A stretch of 64,000 nucleotides of DNA from the NCBI GenBank assembly GCA_049515535.1, contig JBEKTZ010000001.1, forward strand, positions 330,599 to 394,598, read 5' to 3'. The stretch comes from Candidatus Aminicenantales bacterium. Lineage in GTDB: Bacteria; Acidobacteriota; Aminicenantia; Aminicenantales; UBA4085. The notes under the pieces are model-generated. The model did no database searches. It was not told where the DNA came from and worked only from the letters and a program-made list of their open reading frames with translations. Each line of letters opens with the position of its first letter. Position 1 is the stretch's first letter. Both the position numbers and the translations under genes were made by a program. Positions 39,010 through 48,443 of the stretch are shown here, in pieces.

Positions 39010-40557
39010 TCATGTCTTTTTCTCCCGGTACTCTTTCAGCCCCGGGATCGGCAGATCGATGGCGATGGCCTTTCGCTCGTGGAACCGGCAGAAGATCTCG
39101 CAGGCCAGACATTCCGTGCATTTTCCTTTTCTGGCTTGCTCCGGCGGGATGGCCAAGACCGGATGATCCCCTTCCAATTTCAGGATTTTCTGGGCGCAGG
39201 ATTCGACGCACCCTTTGGATCGGCAGCCCGGGCATTCTTTATGGTCGATGAACAGGCGCCCGGTCAAAGTCTCGAAAGAATACGCTCCACCGGCGGGCCG
39301 GAACGCCTCCATCGGAATGACCTCGTGCCGGATGTTGCCGTTCGCCAGGATCATCTCTTTGAGCCTGGTCGCGCATTTCTCCGGGGCATCGTCCCGGCCA
39401 TAGCCTTCGACCCCGGCCGGCAGGCTCTGGCCATAATCGGCGAGGATGCGGATGGCCTCTTCTTCGCAGTTTCCGCCAAGGCGGATGACGGCGGGGATGC
39501 GCAAATCCTCTTCGAGAAAAGCTTTGATCAGGCCGCGCGCCGAATGGTATTGCTCCTGGCTGGCGACGCCCGACCCGGAAGCGAAGTAGCCGCGGATGCC
39601 GGGTTGGCTCAGAATGATCTTGGCCGCGCGGTAGACCTTGCTGGCCGGCGGATTGCCGCTCGTGTCGCAGTAATTGGCCAGTTTGAACCCCTGATCAAGG
39701 ACCGCGTCCATGGACATCATCGAACCGCCCCCTCCGGCTCCGTGAAAGCCGATATAAGGGTCGCCGGCGGGTATTTTGTCGATCATCTGAAAGAAGTAAA
39801 ACGTGCCGCGGTAATCCTTTTCCTCGACTTTATAAGCGATCTTCTCGAGCTCGGTCGGCGGCCGGTCGAACTCGCGGGCCACTTCGATCCCGAGCTCCGG
39901 GTGCCGGAAAACCGCGTAATCGTCGATGACCAGATGACAATCCGCTGCATAGACGGCGCCGTCCTCCGTGAGGACGACCGGGTTGATCTCCGCCGACCGG
40001 GCGTCATTCGACCTGGCCGCGCCGTAGAACTTGGCCAGCAGATCGGCAAGCTGTGTCAAAACGCCGCCCGACAGGCCTGTTTTCCGGACGAGATTTCGCG
40101 CTTCGAATTCGCGCAGTCCGGTGGCGACGTCGATCGGCATTCGGACGATCTTCTCGGGATAGTTTCGGGCGATCTCTTCGACGCCGGTTCCGCCGGCCGC
40201 GCTGAAAACGAGAAGGGGACATTTTCGGGCGTCGTCCATGACCAAGCCGGCGAAATATTCGGCCGTGATGGCCAGCTTCTCCTCGACCAACAGCCGGTCA
40301 ACGATGTAGTTCCCGACCTTCATACCGAGCATTCGGGAGGCCTTTTCCTCGGCGTCTTGAGGCGTGTCGGCGAATTGGATGCCGCCTAGGCCGGCGCGGC
40401 CCGTCAGCCAGATCTGAATCTTCAGGACGACCGCCTTTCCGATTTTTTCGGCGACGCCGCGGGCCTCGGCCGCCGAGAAGACGACATTCCCATGAGGGAC
40501 GCGAACTCCGCCCTCCTTGAGAAGTCTCTTGCCTTGATATTCGTAAAGCCTCGCCAC
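39010..40557 (-). CDS. SucC/ACL-like ATP-grasp CoA-ligase beta subunit with C-terminal ferredoxin-like domain
   Basis: LYEYQGK, GR..LGG, EINP, GAGGGGS, NY...SGNP; CxxCxxxxCxxxC and CxxCxxCxxxC clusters. Confidence 0.85.
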   Translation of the reverse strand: MARLYEYQGKRLLKEGGVRVPHGNVVFSAAEARGVAEKIGKAVVLKIQIWLTGRAGLGGIQFADTPQDAEEKASRMLGMKVGNYIVDRLLVEEKLAITAEYFAGLVMDDARKCPLLVFSAAGGTGVEEIARNYPEKIVRMPIDVATGLREFEARNLVRKTGLSGGVLTQLADLLAKFYGAARSNDARSAEINPVVLTEDGAVYAADCHLVIDDYAVFRHPELGIEVAREFDRPPTELEKIAYKVEEKDYRGTFYFFQMIDKIPAGDPYIGFHGAGGGGSMMSMDAVLDQGFKLANYCDTSGNPPASKVYRAAKIILSQPGIRGYFASGSGVASQEQYHSARGLIKAFLEEDLRIPAVIRLGGNCEEEAIRILADYGQSLPAGVEGYGRDDAPEKCATRLKEMILANGNIRHEVIPMEAFRPAGGAYSFETLTGRLFIDHKECPGCRSKGCVESCAQKILKLEGDHPVLAIPPEQARKGKCTECLACEIFCRFHERKAIAIDLPIPGLKEYREKKT

Positions 40558-40636
40558 GCCAAGGATCCTTTCGTCCGACTGATGGATAAGTATACTGAAA
40601 TCCGGCCCAGGTGAAAAGGGGCCGGCGGCGTCTCTA

Positions 40637-40732
40637 TCAGATCTTAACGACGACCCCCACCCGCAGGCCGAAGCCGCTGAAATCGACCTTGGCTTCCCGA
40701 GTGAATGCGAAGCCCGGCCCGCTCGGCGATAT
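40637..40732 (-). pseudogene. Possible remnant of an outer-membrane beta-barrel C-terminus
   Basis: Translates to ISPSGPGFAFTREAKVDFSGFGLRVGVVVKI followed by two stops; no independent start. Confidence 0.35.
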
Positions 40733-40737
40733 CCCCC

Positions 40738-41178
40738 TCAGTTGGGTCGCATGAGGACGAGGTTTTTCAGGCCGTTCTTGATGAATTCCTCGTAATACCG
40801 GTCGACGATCTCTGTCTCCATCCGTGAACGCGTCTCCGGATCCATGTGATCGACCTGGATTTCGCCGTATTGGGCGACGAGGTCCCGGTCGGCGAGGCGA
40901 TATTCCAGTTCTTCCCAGAACATGTCGTTTTTATAATCGTCAAGGCCGAGCAGCCATTCGTCTTCGGTCTCGTTCGTCGGATACCAGCCGTCATTCTCCT
41001 CATCGTAGAAGACGAGCTTGCCGAGGCCGAAGTCCCTGGCTTTGCCGTAAATGGAGTTCTCGAGCGCGTCCGTTTCTTCGTCGGCGTCCTCGGCGTGGAA
41101 ACCGTTGACGACCCAGTTCCCGAGATAAACCAAGCGCATCAGGACCTCGTACTGTCTTTTCGTCAGTTTGATCTCCAT
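40738..41178 (-). CDS. Acidic hypothetical protein
   Basis: GAAGGAG RBS before MEIKLTKRQY; coding-like composition. Confidence 0.75.
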   Translation of the reverse strand: MEIKLTKRQYEVLMRLVYLGNWVVNGFHAEDADEETDALENSIYGKARDFGLGKLVFYDEENDGWYPTNETEDEWLLGLDDYKNDMFWEELEYRLADRDLVAQYGEIQVDHMDPETRSRMETEIVDRYYEEFIKNGLKNLVLMRPN

Positions 41179-41468
41179 GACGTCGTCTCCTTCCGGCCCC
41201 GGGAGTTCTGTCATGAATAAGATACGTTTTCCCGGACTAGGACGCAAGCCCGATCATCGTTTCCGACCTCCGTCGCCACACGGATGGACGCGCCGCTGAG
41301 ATCGCGAAGTCCAAACCTGAAATAACGCCGAAAGGGAACGGCGCGCCTTTGCCCTGAACGGCATTCAAGAAAAAAAAGGGAGGGGGAACATTCCTTCCCT
41401 CGTGTCTTCGAGGAAACGGAGGGTCCGGTTCCGAGTTCAAGAAAACCCGGAGTTCGTATCCCTAGCCT

Positions 41469-41855
41469 CTATTCAAACCAGATCTTGACGATCTCGTGTT
41501 TGTCCTGGACTTCGATGAGCGACATCGGACCGGCCTTTTTTAGCTCGGCAAAGAGGGCAGCGACGTCGATATCGCAATCCTGCCGGTCGAACCGGAAATG
41601 CTTGTCGTCGACGCATTTGAAGACGATGTCTAAGATGGCGATGGGCAGCGAGAGTCGGACTTTCTCCTCCTTGGTTCTTGCGTCCGTCACCAGCAGCTTG
41701 AACCATTTGACCTGTTTGCCGGGCTCATAGGCGGGGTTTTCCATGACGGCCTTTTTAATGGCCCGGAGATCGTCCTTCCGTTCCGCCCGCGCCAGGGGCG
41801 CGGCGCAAACGATCAGCAAGAGCGCGACGGTTGTCCAAACAGAGATTTTTTTCAT
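41469..41855 (-). CDS. Secreted hypothetical protein
   Basis: AGGAG RBS, signal peptide ending ARA; C-terminus KIWFE. Confidence 0.75.
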   Translation of the reverse strand: MKKISVWTTVALLLIVCAAPLARAERKDDLRAIKKAVMENPAYEPGKQVKWFKLLVTDARTKEEKVRLSLPIAILDIVFKCVDDKHFRFDRQDCDIDVAALFAELKKAGPMSLIEVQDKHEIVKIWFE

Positions 41856-41872
41856 GTGTTTCTCCTGGAAAT

Positions 41873-42709
41873 TCATTCGATCCAGATCTTGATCCGCTTG
41901 CCTTCGGAGTTGATCTCGAGGATATTGCCTTTGGCGGACTGAAGATCCCGGATGATCTTGTTCATGTCGTATCCTTTGGCCCGCATCGTCGCCTTGTCCT
42001 CCTCCGGGATAGCGGCGAGGGCCAGGTCGGCGAAAGCCCAGGGAATGGCGAATTCGAACTTTTTGTCCTGTTCGTCGACGACCAGGATTCTCAACATGCG
42101 CGGCTTTTTCTCGGAACGCGATTCGTCCATACCGGCAAGCGCCTCTGGTGACACGCGCATCAGGGCGATTTTCGCCCGGTCCCGCAGCTCCGCGCTTTTC
42201 TCCTCTTCGATGATTTTTTTCAGGATGGGGACGCTCTTGTCCGCGATCCGCTTTTCCTTGATGTAACTCAATTGCACGGCGGCGTAATAGCGGACGACCT
42301 TGTTCGGGCTGGACAGCCGGTCTTCGACCTCACGGACAAACCCTTTGTCTCCTCCGTCGTAGAGCCTCATGGCCAGGTCGATGACCGAGACTTCGGCGTC
42401 CTCGGCCAGGTTTTTGTTCCCGTCCTTGAGCCTCAAATATTCTTTGTACGAGCTTATAGCGGCCTGTTCTTTCCCGTCCTGTTTCTCGAGGCATTTCGAT
42501 TTGTAATAAAGAGCCTGAGCGTAAACGGAACTCTGGGGAAAACGAGCGACGAAATCTTCGAGTTTGGCCTGGGCTTCCGGCCATTTCTCATCGAAAATAA
42601 GGACCTTGATATCCTGAAAAATCTTCTCATCGGTCCGAGTCTGGGCCAGGGCGCCCAGGCTCACCGCCGAAAGGATGACGAGCGCGGCATATATTTTCAT
42701 GATCTTCAT
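41873..42709 (-). CDS. Secreted TPR/HEAT-repeat protein
   Basis: Signal peptide; FP.S.Y..ALYY TPR; VRYYAA..L HEAT repeats; C-terminus KIWIE. Confidence 0.75.
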   Translation of the reverse strand: MKIMKIYAALVILSAVSLGALAQTRTDEKIFQDIKVLIFDEKWPEAQAKLEDFVARFPQSSVYAQALYYKSKCLEKQDGKEQAAISSYKEYLRLKDGNKNLAEDAEVSVIDLAMRLYDGGDKGFVREVEDRLSSPNKVVRYYAAVQLSYIKEKRIADKSVPILKKIIEEEKSAELRDRAKIALMRVSPEALAGMDESRSEKKPRMLRILVVDEQDKKFEFAIPWAFADLALAAIPEEDKATMRAKGYDMNKIIRDLQSAKGNILEINSEGKRIKIWIE

Positions 42710-42710
42710 G

Positions 42711-43514
42711 TCAGACCTCGCTTTCCTGGAGCTCCTTCCTGAGCAGCTTGATTTTCAGGAGGAGCTGTTTCTGTTCCACGAACTCTTTGATTTTGGCCGC
42801 CTCCTCCGTCGAGAGCTCATCGCTGATTTGCGACAGCTCGAGGAAGAGGATCTCGATTTGATCGCAGATTTCCCGGGCTTTGGCCATTTCGCCCTTATCC
42901 AACTGCTGATTGAGGAAGCGTTTTTTCGCGAGCATGTCCTGCGTCCGCTGTTGGGCCAGGTCCTTGCGGAAGAGCTTGGCTTGGCCGGGCGGTGACTGGA
43001 CAAAATCAAGGATCAGATATTGGCTCTTGTCGAGAAAATCCAGGGTCTCCCGCCTGGCGAGCTGGAGTTCGGCCCGGTCGATGAGGTCGCTGGACGCGAA
43101 ATATTTTCCGCCGGCCTCCGTCCGGATGAGCTGCGGTTTGAGCATGAGCAGCATGCCCACGGCGCCGACGACGATTCCGGCCAGCAGGCCGGCATAAACA
43201 GGCCTCCAGCGGGGCTGAGCGAGGCCTTTCCAGAACGCGGCGACCCTTGAGGCTTTCGGCGCGCGTTTTTCATGGGTGAAAGCGGCGGCCGCGATTCGCT
43301 GAGGAAGCGCATCCCAATCGATCGTGGCCATGACCTTTTGGATGTCTTCGCGGACGGCTTCGGCGCCGTCCATGATCCGCCGCGTCTCCTCCAGACTCCG
43401 GCGGCATTCCGGGCAGTCATCGAGGTGTTTTTTCATCCGGGCTTCGCTTTCCCCGTCGGGATCGCCGCCGGGTCCGGCGGCCCATCGCTCTTGAAATTTC
43501 CGGCAGTCGCTCAT
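42711..43514 (-). CDS. Zinc-binding anti-sigma factor (zf-HC2) with TM helix
   Basis: HLDDCPEC motif, TM segment, ATGA overlap with the sigma gene. Confidence 0.85.
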   Translation of the reverse strand: MSDCRKFQERWAAGPGGDPDGESEARMKKHLDDCPECRRSLEETRRIMDGAEAVREDIQKVMATIDWDALPQRIAAAAFTHEKRAPKASRVAAFWKGLAQPRWRPVYAGLLAGIVVGAVGMLLMLKPQLIRTEAGGKYFASSDLIDRAELQLARRETLDFLDKSQYLILDFVQSPPGQAKLFRKDLAQQRTQDMLAKKRFLNQQLDKGEMAKAREICDQIEILFLELSQISDELSTEEAAKIKEFVEQKQLLLKIKLLRKELQESEV

Positions 43515-44101
43515 GTTTCCCACCCCAGATACGGGCCCATCAGCGCCCGAAGATTCCGAATGGCCTTGAAATGAAGAGACTTGACCGTCCCCGGAGAAAT
43601 GCCGAGAGCCTGAGCGATCTCCTCGTTCTTGAGCTGGTTATAGTGCCGCATGATGAAGATCGTGCGCTGGCGCTCAGCCAATTTTTCCACGCAGCGGGAC
43701 AGGATGTCCCTGAGATCGCGGGCCCGTTCGCCGCCCTCCGCCCGCCGATCGGAGACCTGCAGCTCTTCCACGGTCTTATCGCTTTCGATTTCCCGGCGCT
43801 CGGCGGCGTTCCTTCGGTAATGGTCGATGCACAGGTTCTTGGCGATCTGGAGGAGCCAGGCTTCGAAATTATGGCCGCTGCGAAAGGAATCGATTTTCTG
43901 GTAAAGCCTCAAGAACGTTTCCTGGACCATGTCGAGCGCGTCTTCCTTGTTCCGGAAAAAGGAATAGGTCATGATGAAGACCTTGCGCTGGTGCATCCGA
44001 GTCAGGGTCATGAACGCTTCCTTATCTCCGCTTTTAACTTTTTGGACCAGACTCCAGATCTCGGCTCCATCGACATTTTTGATTCCTTCCATCGGATCCA
44101 A
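43511..44101 (-). CDS. ECF RNA polymerase sigma factor
   Basis: DMVQETFL, F.AWL..IA.N.CID, EIA..LGIS.GTVKS. Confidence 0.92.
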   Translation of the reverse strand: MDPMEGIKNVDGAEIWSLVQKVKSGDKEAFMTLTRMHQRKVFIMTYSFFRNKEDALDMVQETFLRLYQKIDSFRSGHNFEAWLLQIAKNLCIDHYRRNAAERREIESDKTVEELQVSDRRAEGGERARDLRDILSRCVEKLAERQRTIFIMRHYNQLKNEEIAQALGISPGTVKSLHFKAIRNLRALMGPYLGWET

Positions 44102-44317
44102 TAATGATATTCTATTTTGATTTTAAAAACGACAGGGCCGTGATCGCGATTGTTCCTGCCGTTGACGGTTCATTCACGGCCGATCTCATTTTTTGTGCTC
44201 CACCAGAACCTACGAAATCCGGCCGCAAAAGGTTTACGGGCGGGGGAAGGAAAAAAGTGGGGGAAATTTCATCGGCCTGAAAAAGGACCCGTGTCGAAGC
44301 TCGCGCGGTGGGGGCGG

Positions 44318-44424
44318 CGTCAAGGGACGAGCCTTCGGCTCGCCACTCGCCCGTGGCTTATATCCACGGGCGAGTACGGCGGAAGTGGATCCCCGGGCAA
44401 AGCCCGGGGCCCCGTCCGCCGTCG
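44318..44424 (+). repeat. Palindromic repeat element, long intergenic copy with two hairpins
   Basis: ACTCGCCCGTGG-7nt-CCACGGGCGAGT and CCCCGGGC-AAA-GCCCGGGG; shared with 32786-32853. Confidence 0.9.
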
Positions 44425-44509
44425 AGCGGGACGCACCTAGAGAACTCCCTTCTCGAGATCTTTCTCGCTCAGGAGGATTTGTCGCGGTCAGTAAAGACGA
44501 ACGATCTAT

Positions 44510-44803
44510 TCAGAACTTACGGAAATCTCTTCTCTCTCCGCCCTCTCTCCGAATTTCTCTGGGCCGCTCGGTTTGGGGCCGGGCTTCGTTGACGATGATC
44601 TTCCGGCCTTCAAGGTCCGTCCCGTTCAATTTCTCCTTGGCTTCTTGCGAAGTTTCGGGAGTCGCCATCTCCACGAAGCCGAAGCCTCTTCCCTGAAGGA
44701 TGTTGACAGAGGTAACCTCGCCGTATTGAGAGAATGTTTCTTTGAGCTTCTCTTCGGTGGTTTTGTAATTGAGGTTACCGACGTACAGTTTTTTAGAAAA
44801 CAT
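44510..44803 (-). CDS. RRM RNA-binding protein
   Basis: LYVGNL (RNP2), RGFGFVEM (RNP1), VNEAR. Confidence 0.93.
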   Translation of the reverse strand: MFSKKLYVGNLNYKTTEEKLKETFSQYGEVTSVNILQGRGFGFVEMATPETSQEAKEKLNGTDLEGRKIIVNEARPQTERPREIRREGGERRDFRKF

Positions 44804-45015
44804 TAAACAATCCTCCTTGACCTCTCGTTACCGGCCGCTCGCCGTTCTCATCGATTTCGAGTCCTCCCGGCGAAAGGGTCGCCTCATTTTTTCATAATCA
44901 AATGGGAAAATCAAGAAAAATTCCCGCGAGCTATAGCGGTCCAGAGGGACGCGTCCTCCGGCCGTTCTCCCGGCCCGCCTTTTCTGTTATATTGGGACGT
45001 GGAAAGGAGCCCCCG

Positions 45016-46728
45016 ATGAAAAAAGGCCGATATATCCTCATCCTTTTCCTGATTTTTTTCTTTCTTCTCATCGCCACCTTTGTTTCCTTTGTCTATTTTG
45101 AGGTCGGACGCCCTCCCGCCATCGCCGCGTCCTCGTACCTCGAGATCAAGCTCGAAGGTCCGCTCGTCGAATTCCCCGAGACGAATTTTCTGTCCTCGCT
45201 CTTCATCGGCGGCAGGCCCCTCTCCGTTCACGACGTCTGGATGAGCCTCAGGAAAGCCCGCGTGGACGGCCGCATCCGCGGCGTCCTCATCAGGCTGGGC
45301 ACGCTGGATTGTGACTGGGCCAAATGCGCGGAGGTGCGGGACGCCGTGCTCGATTTCAAAAAATCGGGGAAGAAGATCTATGCCTATATCGAGGAGGCCC
45401 CGGAGTTCGACAAGGAATACTACCTGGCCACCGCTTGCGACAAGATCATCCTTCATCCGCTCGGATGGCTGGGCATCACCGGCATCGGCGGATACGTTCC
45501 TTTTTTCAAGAAAGCGCTGGACAAGCTGGGCGTCGAGGCCGAATTCGAGCGCGTCGAGGAATTCAAGACCGCGTCCAACATGTTCACGGAGAGCGGATTC
45601 ACCGAGGCTCATAAGCAAATGGCGGAATCGATCTATGGCGACCAGTTCGCTCATTACATCAAAACCGTCGCCGGGGCCCGCAAAAAAAGCGAAGCGGAAG
45701 TCCGGGCGCTCATCGACGAGGCCTTCTTTCACGGCGAACGGGCCCTGAAAGCGGGGCTGGTCGACGATCTCCTCTTCGTCGACCAGGCCGCGGACCTTTT
45801 TCAAAACAACGGGGTCAAATGCCGCCGGGTCGACCTCGCGGATTACGCCCGGATCGATCCCTCCTCCGTCGGCTTGGGCGGGGGCCGCAAGATCGCGCTC
45901 ATCTACGCCGTGGGGCCCATCCTCGGCGGCGAAAGCCTTTCCCGGTCCATGGGTTCGGACACGATCGTCCGGTGGATCCGGGCGGCGCGCGAGGACAAGT
46001 CCATCGCCGCCATCGTCTTCCGCGTGGATAGTCCGGGCGGCTCGGCCGTGGCCTCGGATTCGATCTGGCGCGAGGTCATGCTCTGCCGCAAGATCAAACC
46101 CTTCGTGGTCTCGATGTCCGACGTCGCGGGTTCGGGGGGATATTGGATCTCGATGGCGGCGGACAGGATCGTCGCCCAGCCCCAGACGCTGACGGGGTCC
46201 ATCGGCGTGCTCACGGGCAAATTCAACTTGGAAAAACTCTTCGCGAAACTGGGCGTCACCGCGGAAAGGATCCAGTATGGACAACGCGCCGATATTTTTT
46301 CGCCTTTCCGGGGCTTGACGCCGGAAGAGCGCCGGCTGTTGAAAAAGGAAATCCTATGGATCTACGATCAATTCCTGGCGAAGGTCGCCGAAGGACGGAA
46401 GATGTCCAAAGAGGACGTCGATAAAATCGGGAAAGGCCGCGTCTGGACCGGAAACCAGGCCAAAGGCCTCAACCTCGTGGACGAAATCGGCGGCCTCACG
46501 ACAGCCATCGACGCGGCCAAGGGGCTGGCCGGTCTCTCCAAGGACGAGGACGTCCGTCTCGTCATCTGGCCGAAAAAGAGCTCGTTCTGGGGATCGCTGT
46601 TCGGGACGCGGGGAACGGAAACCCGATCCCCCCTTTCCAGGGAATTGAAAGAGGCGCTGGCCTGGGTGGAGATCCTGAACCAGGAAAGGATCTGGGCGAT
46701 CATGCCCTTCGGAACGAATCTCGAATAG
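45016..46728 (+). CDS. sppA: Signal peptide peptidase SppA (67K type)
   Basis: RVDSPGGS, SMSDVAGSGGYW, TGSIGV, GRVWTG, LVD..G. Confidence 0.92.
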   Translation: MKKGRYILILFLIFFFLLIATFVSFVYFEVGRPPAIAASSYLEIKLEGPLVEFPETNFLSSLFIGGRPLSVHDVWMSLRKARVDGRIRGVLIRLGTLDCDWAKCAEVRDAVLDFKKSGKKIYAYIEEAPEFDKEYYLATACDKIILHPLGWLGITGIGGYVPFFKKALDKLGVEAEFERVEEFKTASNMFTESGFTEAHKQMAESIYGDQFAHYIKTVAGARKKSEAEVRALIDEAFFHGERALKAGLVDDLLFVDQAADLFQNNGVKCRRVDLADYARIDPSSVGLGGGRKIALIYAVGPILGGESLSRSMGSDTIVRWIRAAREDKSIAAIVFRVDSPGGSAVASDSIWREVMLCRKIKPFVVSMSDVAGSGGYWISMAADRIVAQPQTLTGSIGVLTGKFNLEKLFAKLGVTAERIQYGQRADIFSPFRGLTPEERRLLKKEILWIYDQFLAKVAEGRKMSKEDVDKIGKGRVWTGNQAKGLNLVDEIGGLTTAIDAAKGLAGLSKDEDVRLVIWPKKSSFWGSLFGTRGTETRSPLSRELKEALAWVEILNQERIWAIMPFGTNLE

Positions 46729-46743
46729 CGCGCTTCCGGGATC

Positions 46744-47046
46744 TTATTTGCTCTTCTTCACGACGACTTTTTCGTTCGGGCCCAACAGCCACAGTTGTTC
46801 CCTGGCATCCTTGTCCACGGCGCGGGGGTTCTTTTCGAGCTCGACGATATCTTTTTCCAGACGGCTTTTTTCTTTTTTGAGTTTCTCGACATCTTCAAGC
46901 AGGACGGCCCGGGTTTTCCGGGCGCGGTCGATCTCGATCAACCCTTTCTTTCCGAAGATCGAGGTGATGAAGAGGACGAGGAGGAGAAAGACGAAACCGA
47001 AGAAAAAGATCTTTTTTTTCAGGATTCCCGATTTCGACTCGGTCAC
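46744..47046 (-). CDS. ftsB: Septum formation initiator FtsB/DivIC family
   Basis: TM, G..G, coiled coil, ARE.L....P.E. Confidence 0.75.
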   Translation of the reverse strand: MTESKSGILKKKIFFFGFVFLLLVLFITSIFGKKGLIEIDRARKTRAVLLEDVEKLKKEKSRLEKDIVELEKNPRAVDKDAREQLWLLGPNEKVVVKKSK

Positions 47047-48443
47047 GCAAGTTTCTCCAAGCCCGCCTTCACGAGATTTCTGAGCTCCTTTTTGGATCCC
47101 GATTCCGCGTAACAGCGGATGAGGGGCTCCGTGCCCGAGATCCGGAGGAGGAGCCAGTCGTCGTCGGAAAAATCGAACTTCACTCCGTCTATGACTCCCG
47201 TATTCAAGATCGGCCGGCCAGCCAGCCGGGCAGGGGGATTCTCGCCCAGTTTCTTCATTTTCTTGCCGCGCTCGAGCGTTAAGGGGACGTTTTTCTGAAC
47301 GCCGATCCGCTCACCGTACTCCTTGAACAGGTCCTCGATCAAGGCCACGAGGCTTTTGCCGGAGGCCGCCACCATCTCGGCCACGAGGAGGCCGGCGAAG
47401 ATCCCGTCCTTCTCCGGCAAGTGATCTTTGACGACGATCGAAGCGCTCTCTTCGCCGCCGAAGATGATCTGGTCCTTGAGGAACAGCTCGGCCAAGAATT
47501 TGAAGCCGACCGGCGTTTTGAACAGCGGGAGACCGTGAGCCCTGGCGATGCGGTCGAAGAAATGCGTGGTCGCCACCGAACGCGCTACGCCGCCGCGCCA
47601 GCTCTTCTTCGTCACGACATAGTTCAGAAGAAGCGACAGGATGAGATTCTGGATGACGAAATTTCCCTTGTGGTCCACGATCCCGAAGCGATCGCCGTCG
47701 GCATCCGTGGCGATGCCGAAATCGCAGGACTTCTCCCGGACGAGCTTCTTCAGTTCTTCGAGATTTTCTTCCGTGCAGGAGGGGGCGATGCCGCCGAAAT
47801 AGGGATCGATATAGCCATGGATCTCCTCGACCGGAATCTGGTTATCCTCGAAGATCTCGTCGAGATATTCGCGGCTCGTGCCGTACAGAAGGTCCACGCC
47901 GACCTTGACGCCGGCTCGGCGGATGAGGTCGAAGTCGATCTTGCCCTGGAGGCAGGCCAGATAGTCCGTTTTCAGATCGATTTTTTCGATGAATTCCTTG
48001 CGCGGATAACAGGGGAAAAACGAATAGTCTTTTTGCAGGTTCCGGATCTCGGCTTCGATGGCGTCGGTCTCCCCGGGCAGCGCCGGCGCTCCCTGGTCCG
48101 TATTGTATTTCAACCCGTTGTATTCCGGCGGGTTGAACGAAGCGGTGAAATTGATGCCTCCTTGGGCCTTCCGCTTGATGATCTGGAGCGCTTGGGCTTG
48201 GGACGGGGCGTCGCGCTCGGCCAGAAAAACGTTGATTTTATTGTTGGAAAGGACCCGGGCCGCTTCGGAGGCGTATCGCTCGGAGAGAAAGCGCGTGTCA
48301 TAATTGACCACAACCGAAATATCCCTGCCGGGAAATTTCCGCATGAGAAAATGGGCGATGGCCTGGACGACCACCCGGACGTTTTGGAACGTGAATTCCT
48401 CGCCCATGACCGCGCGCCAGCCGGATGTGCCGAAACGAATCAT
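47043..48443 (-). CDS. Phosphoglucomutase/phosphomannomutase family
   Basis: FGTSGWR, DTR, TASFNP, D.DADGDR, VGFK, GGEES, R.SGTEP. Confidence 0.9.
   Translation of the reverse strand: MIRFGTSGWRAVMGEEFTFQNVRVVVQAIAHFLMRKFPGRDISVVVNYDTRFLSERYASEAARVLSNNKINVFLAERDAPSQAQALQIIKRKAQGGINFTASFNPPEYNGLKYNTDQGAPALPGETDAIEAEIRNLQKDYSFFPCYPRKEFIEKIDLKTDYLACLQGKIDFDLIRRAGVKVGVDLLYGTSREYLDEIFEDNQIPVEEIHGYIDPYFGGIAPSCTEENLEELKKLVREKSCDFGIATDADGDRFGIVDHKGNFVIQNLILSLLLNYVVTKKSWRGGVARSVATTHFFDRIARAHGLPLFKTPVGFKFLAELFLKDQIIFGGEESASIVVKDHLPEKDGIFAGLLVAEMVAASGKSLVALIEDLFKEYGERIGVQKNVPLTLERGKKMKKLGENPPARLAGRPILNTGVIDGVKFDFSDDDWLLLRISGTEPLIRCYAESGSKKELRNLVKAGLEKLA

Noticed and set aside
44193..44696. 167-aa + strand ORF sharing a peptide with LeuC
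   Set aside because: The similarity comes from the DNA repeat; the rest is antisense to the RRM gene
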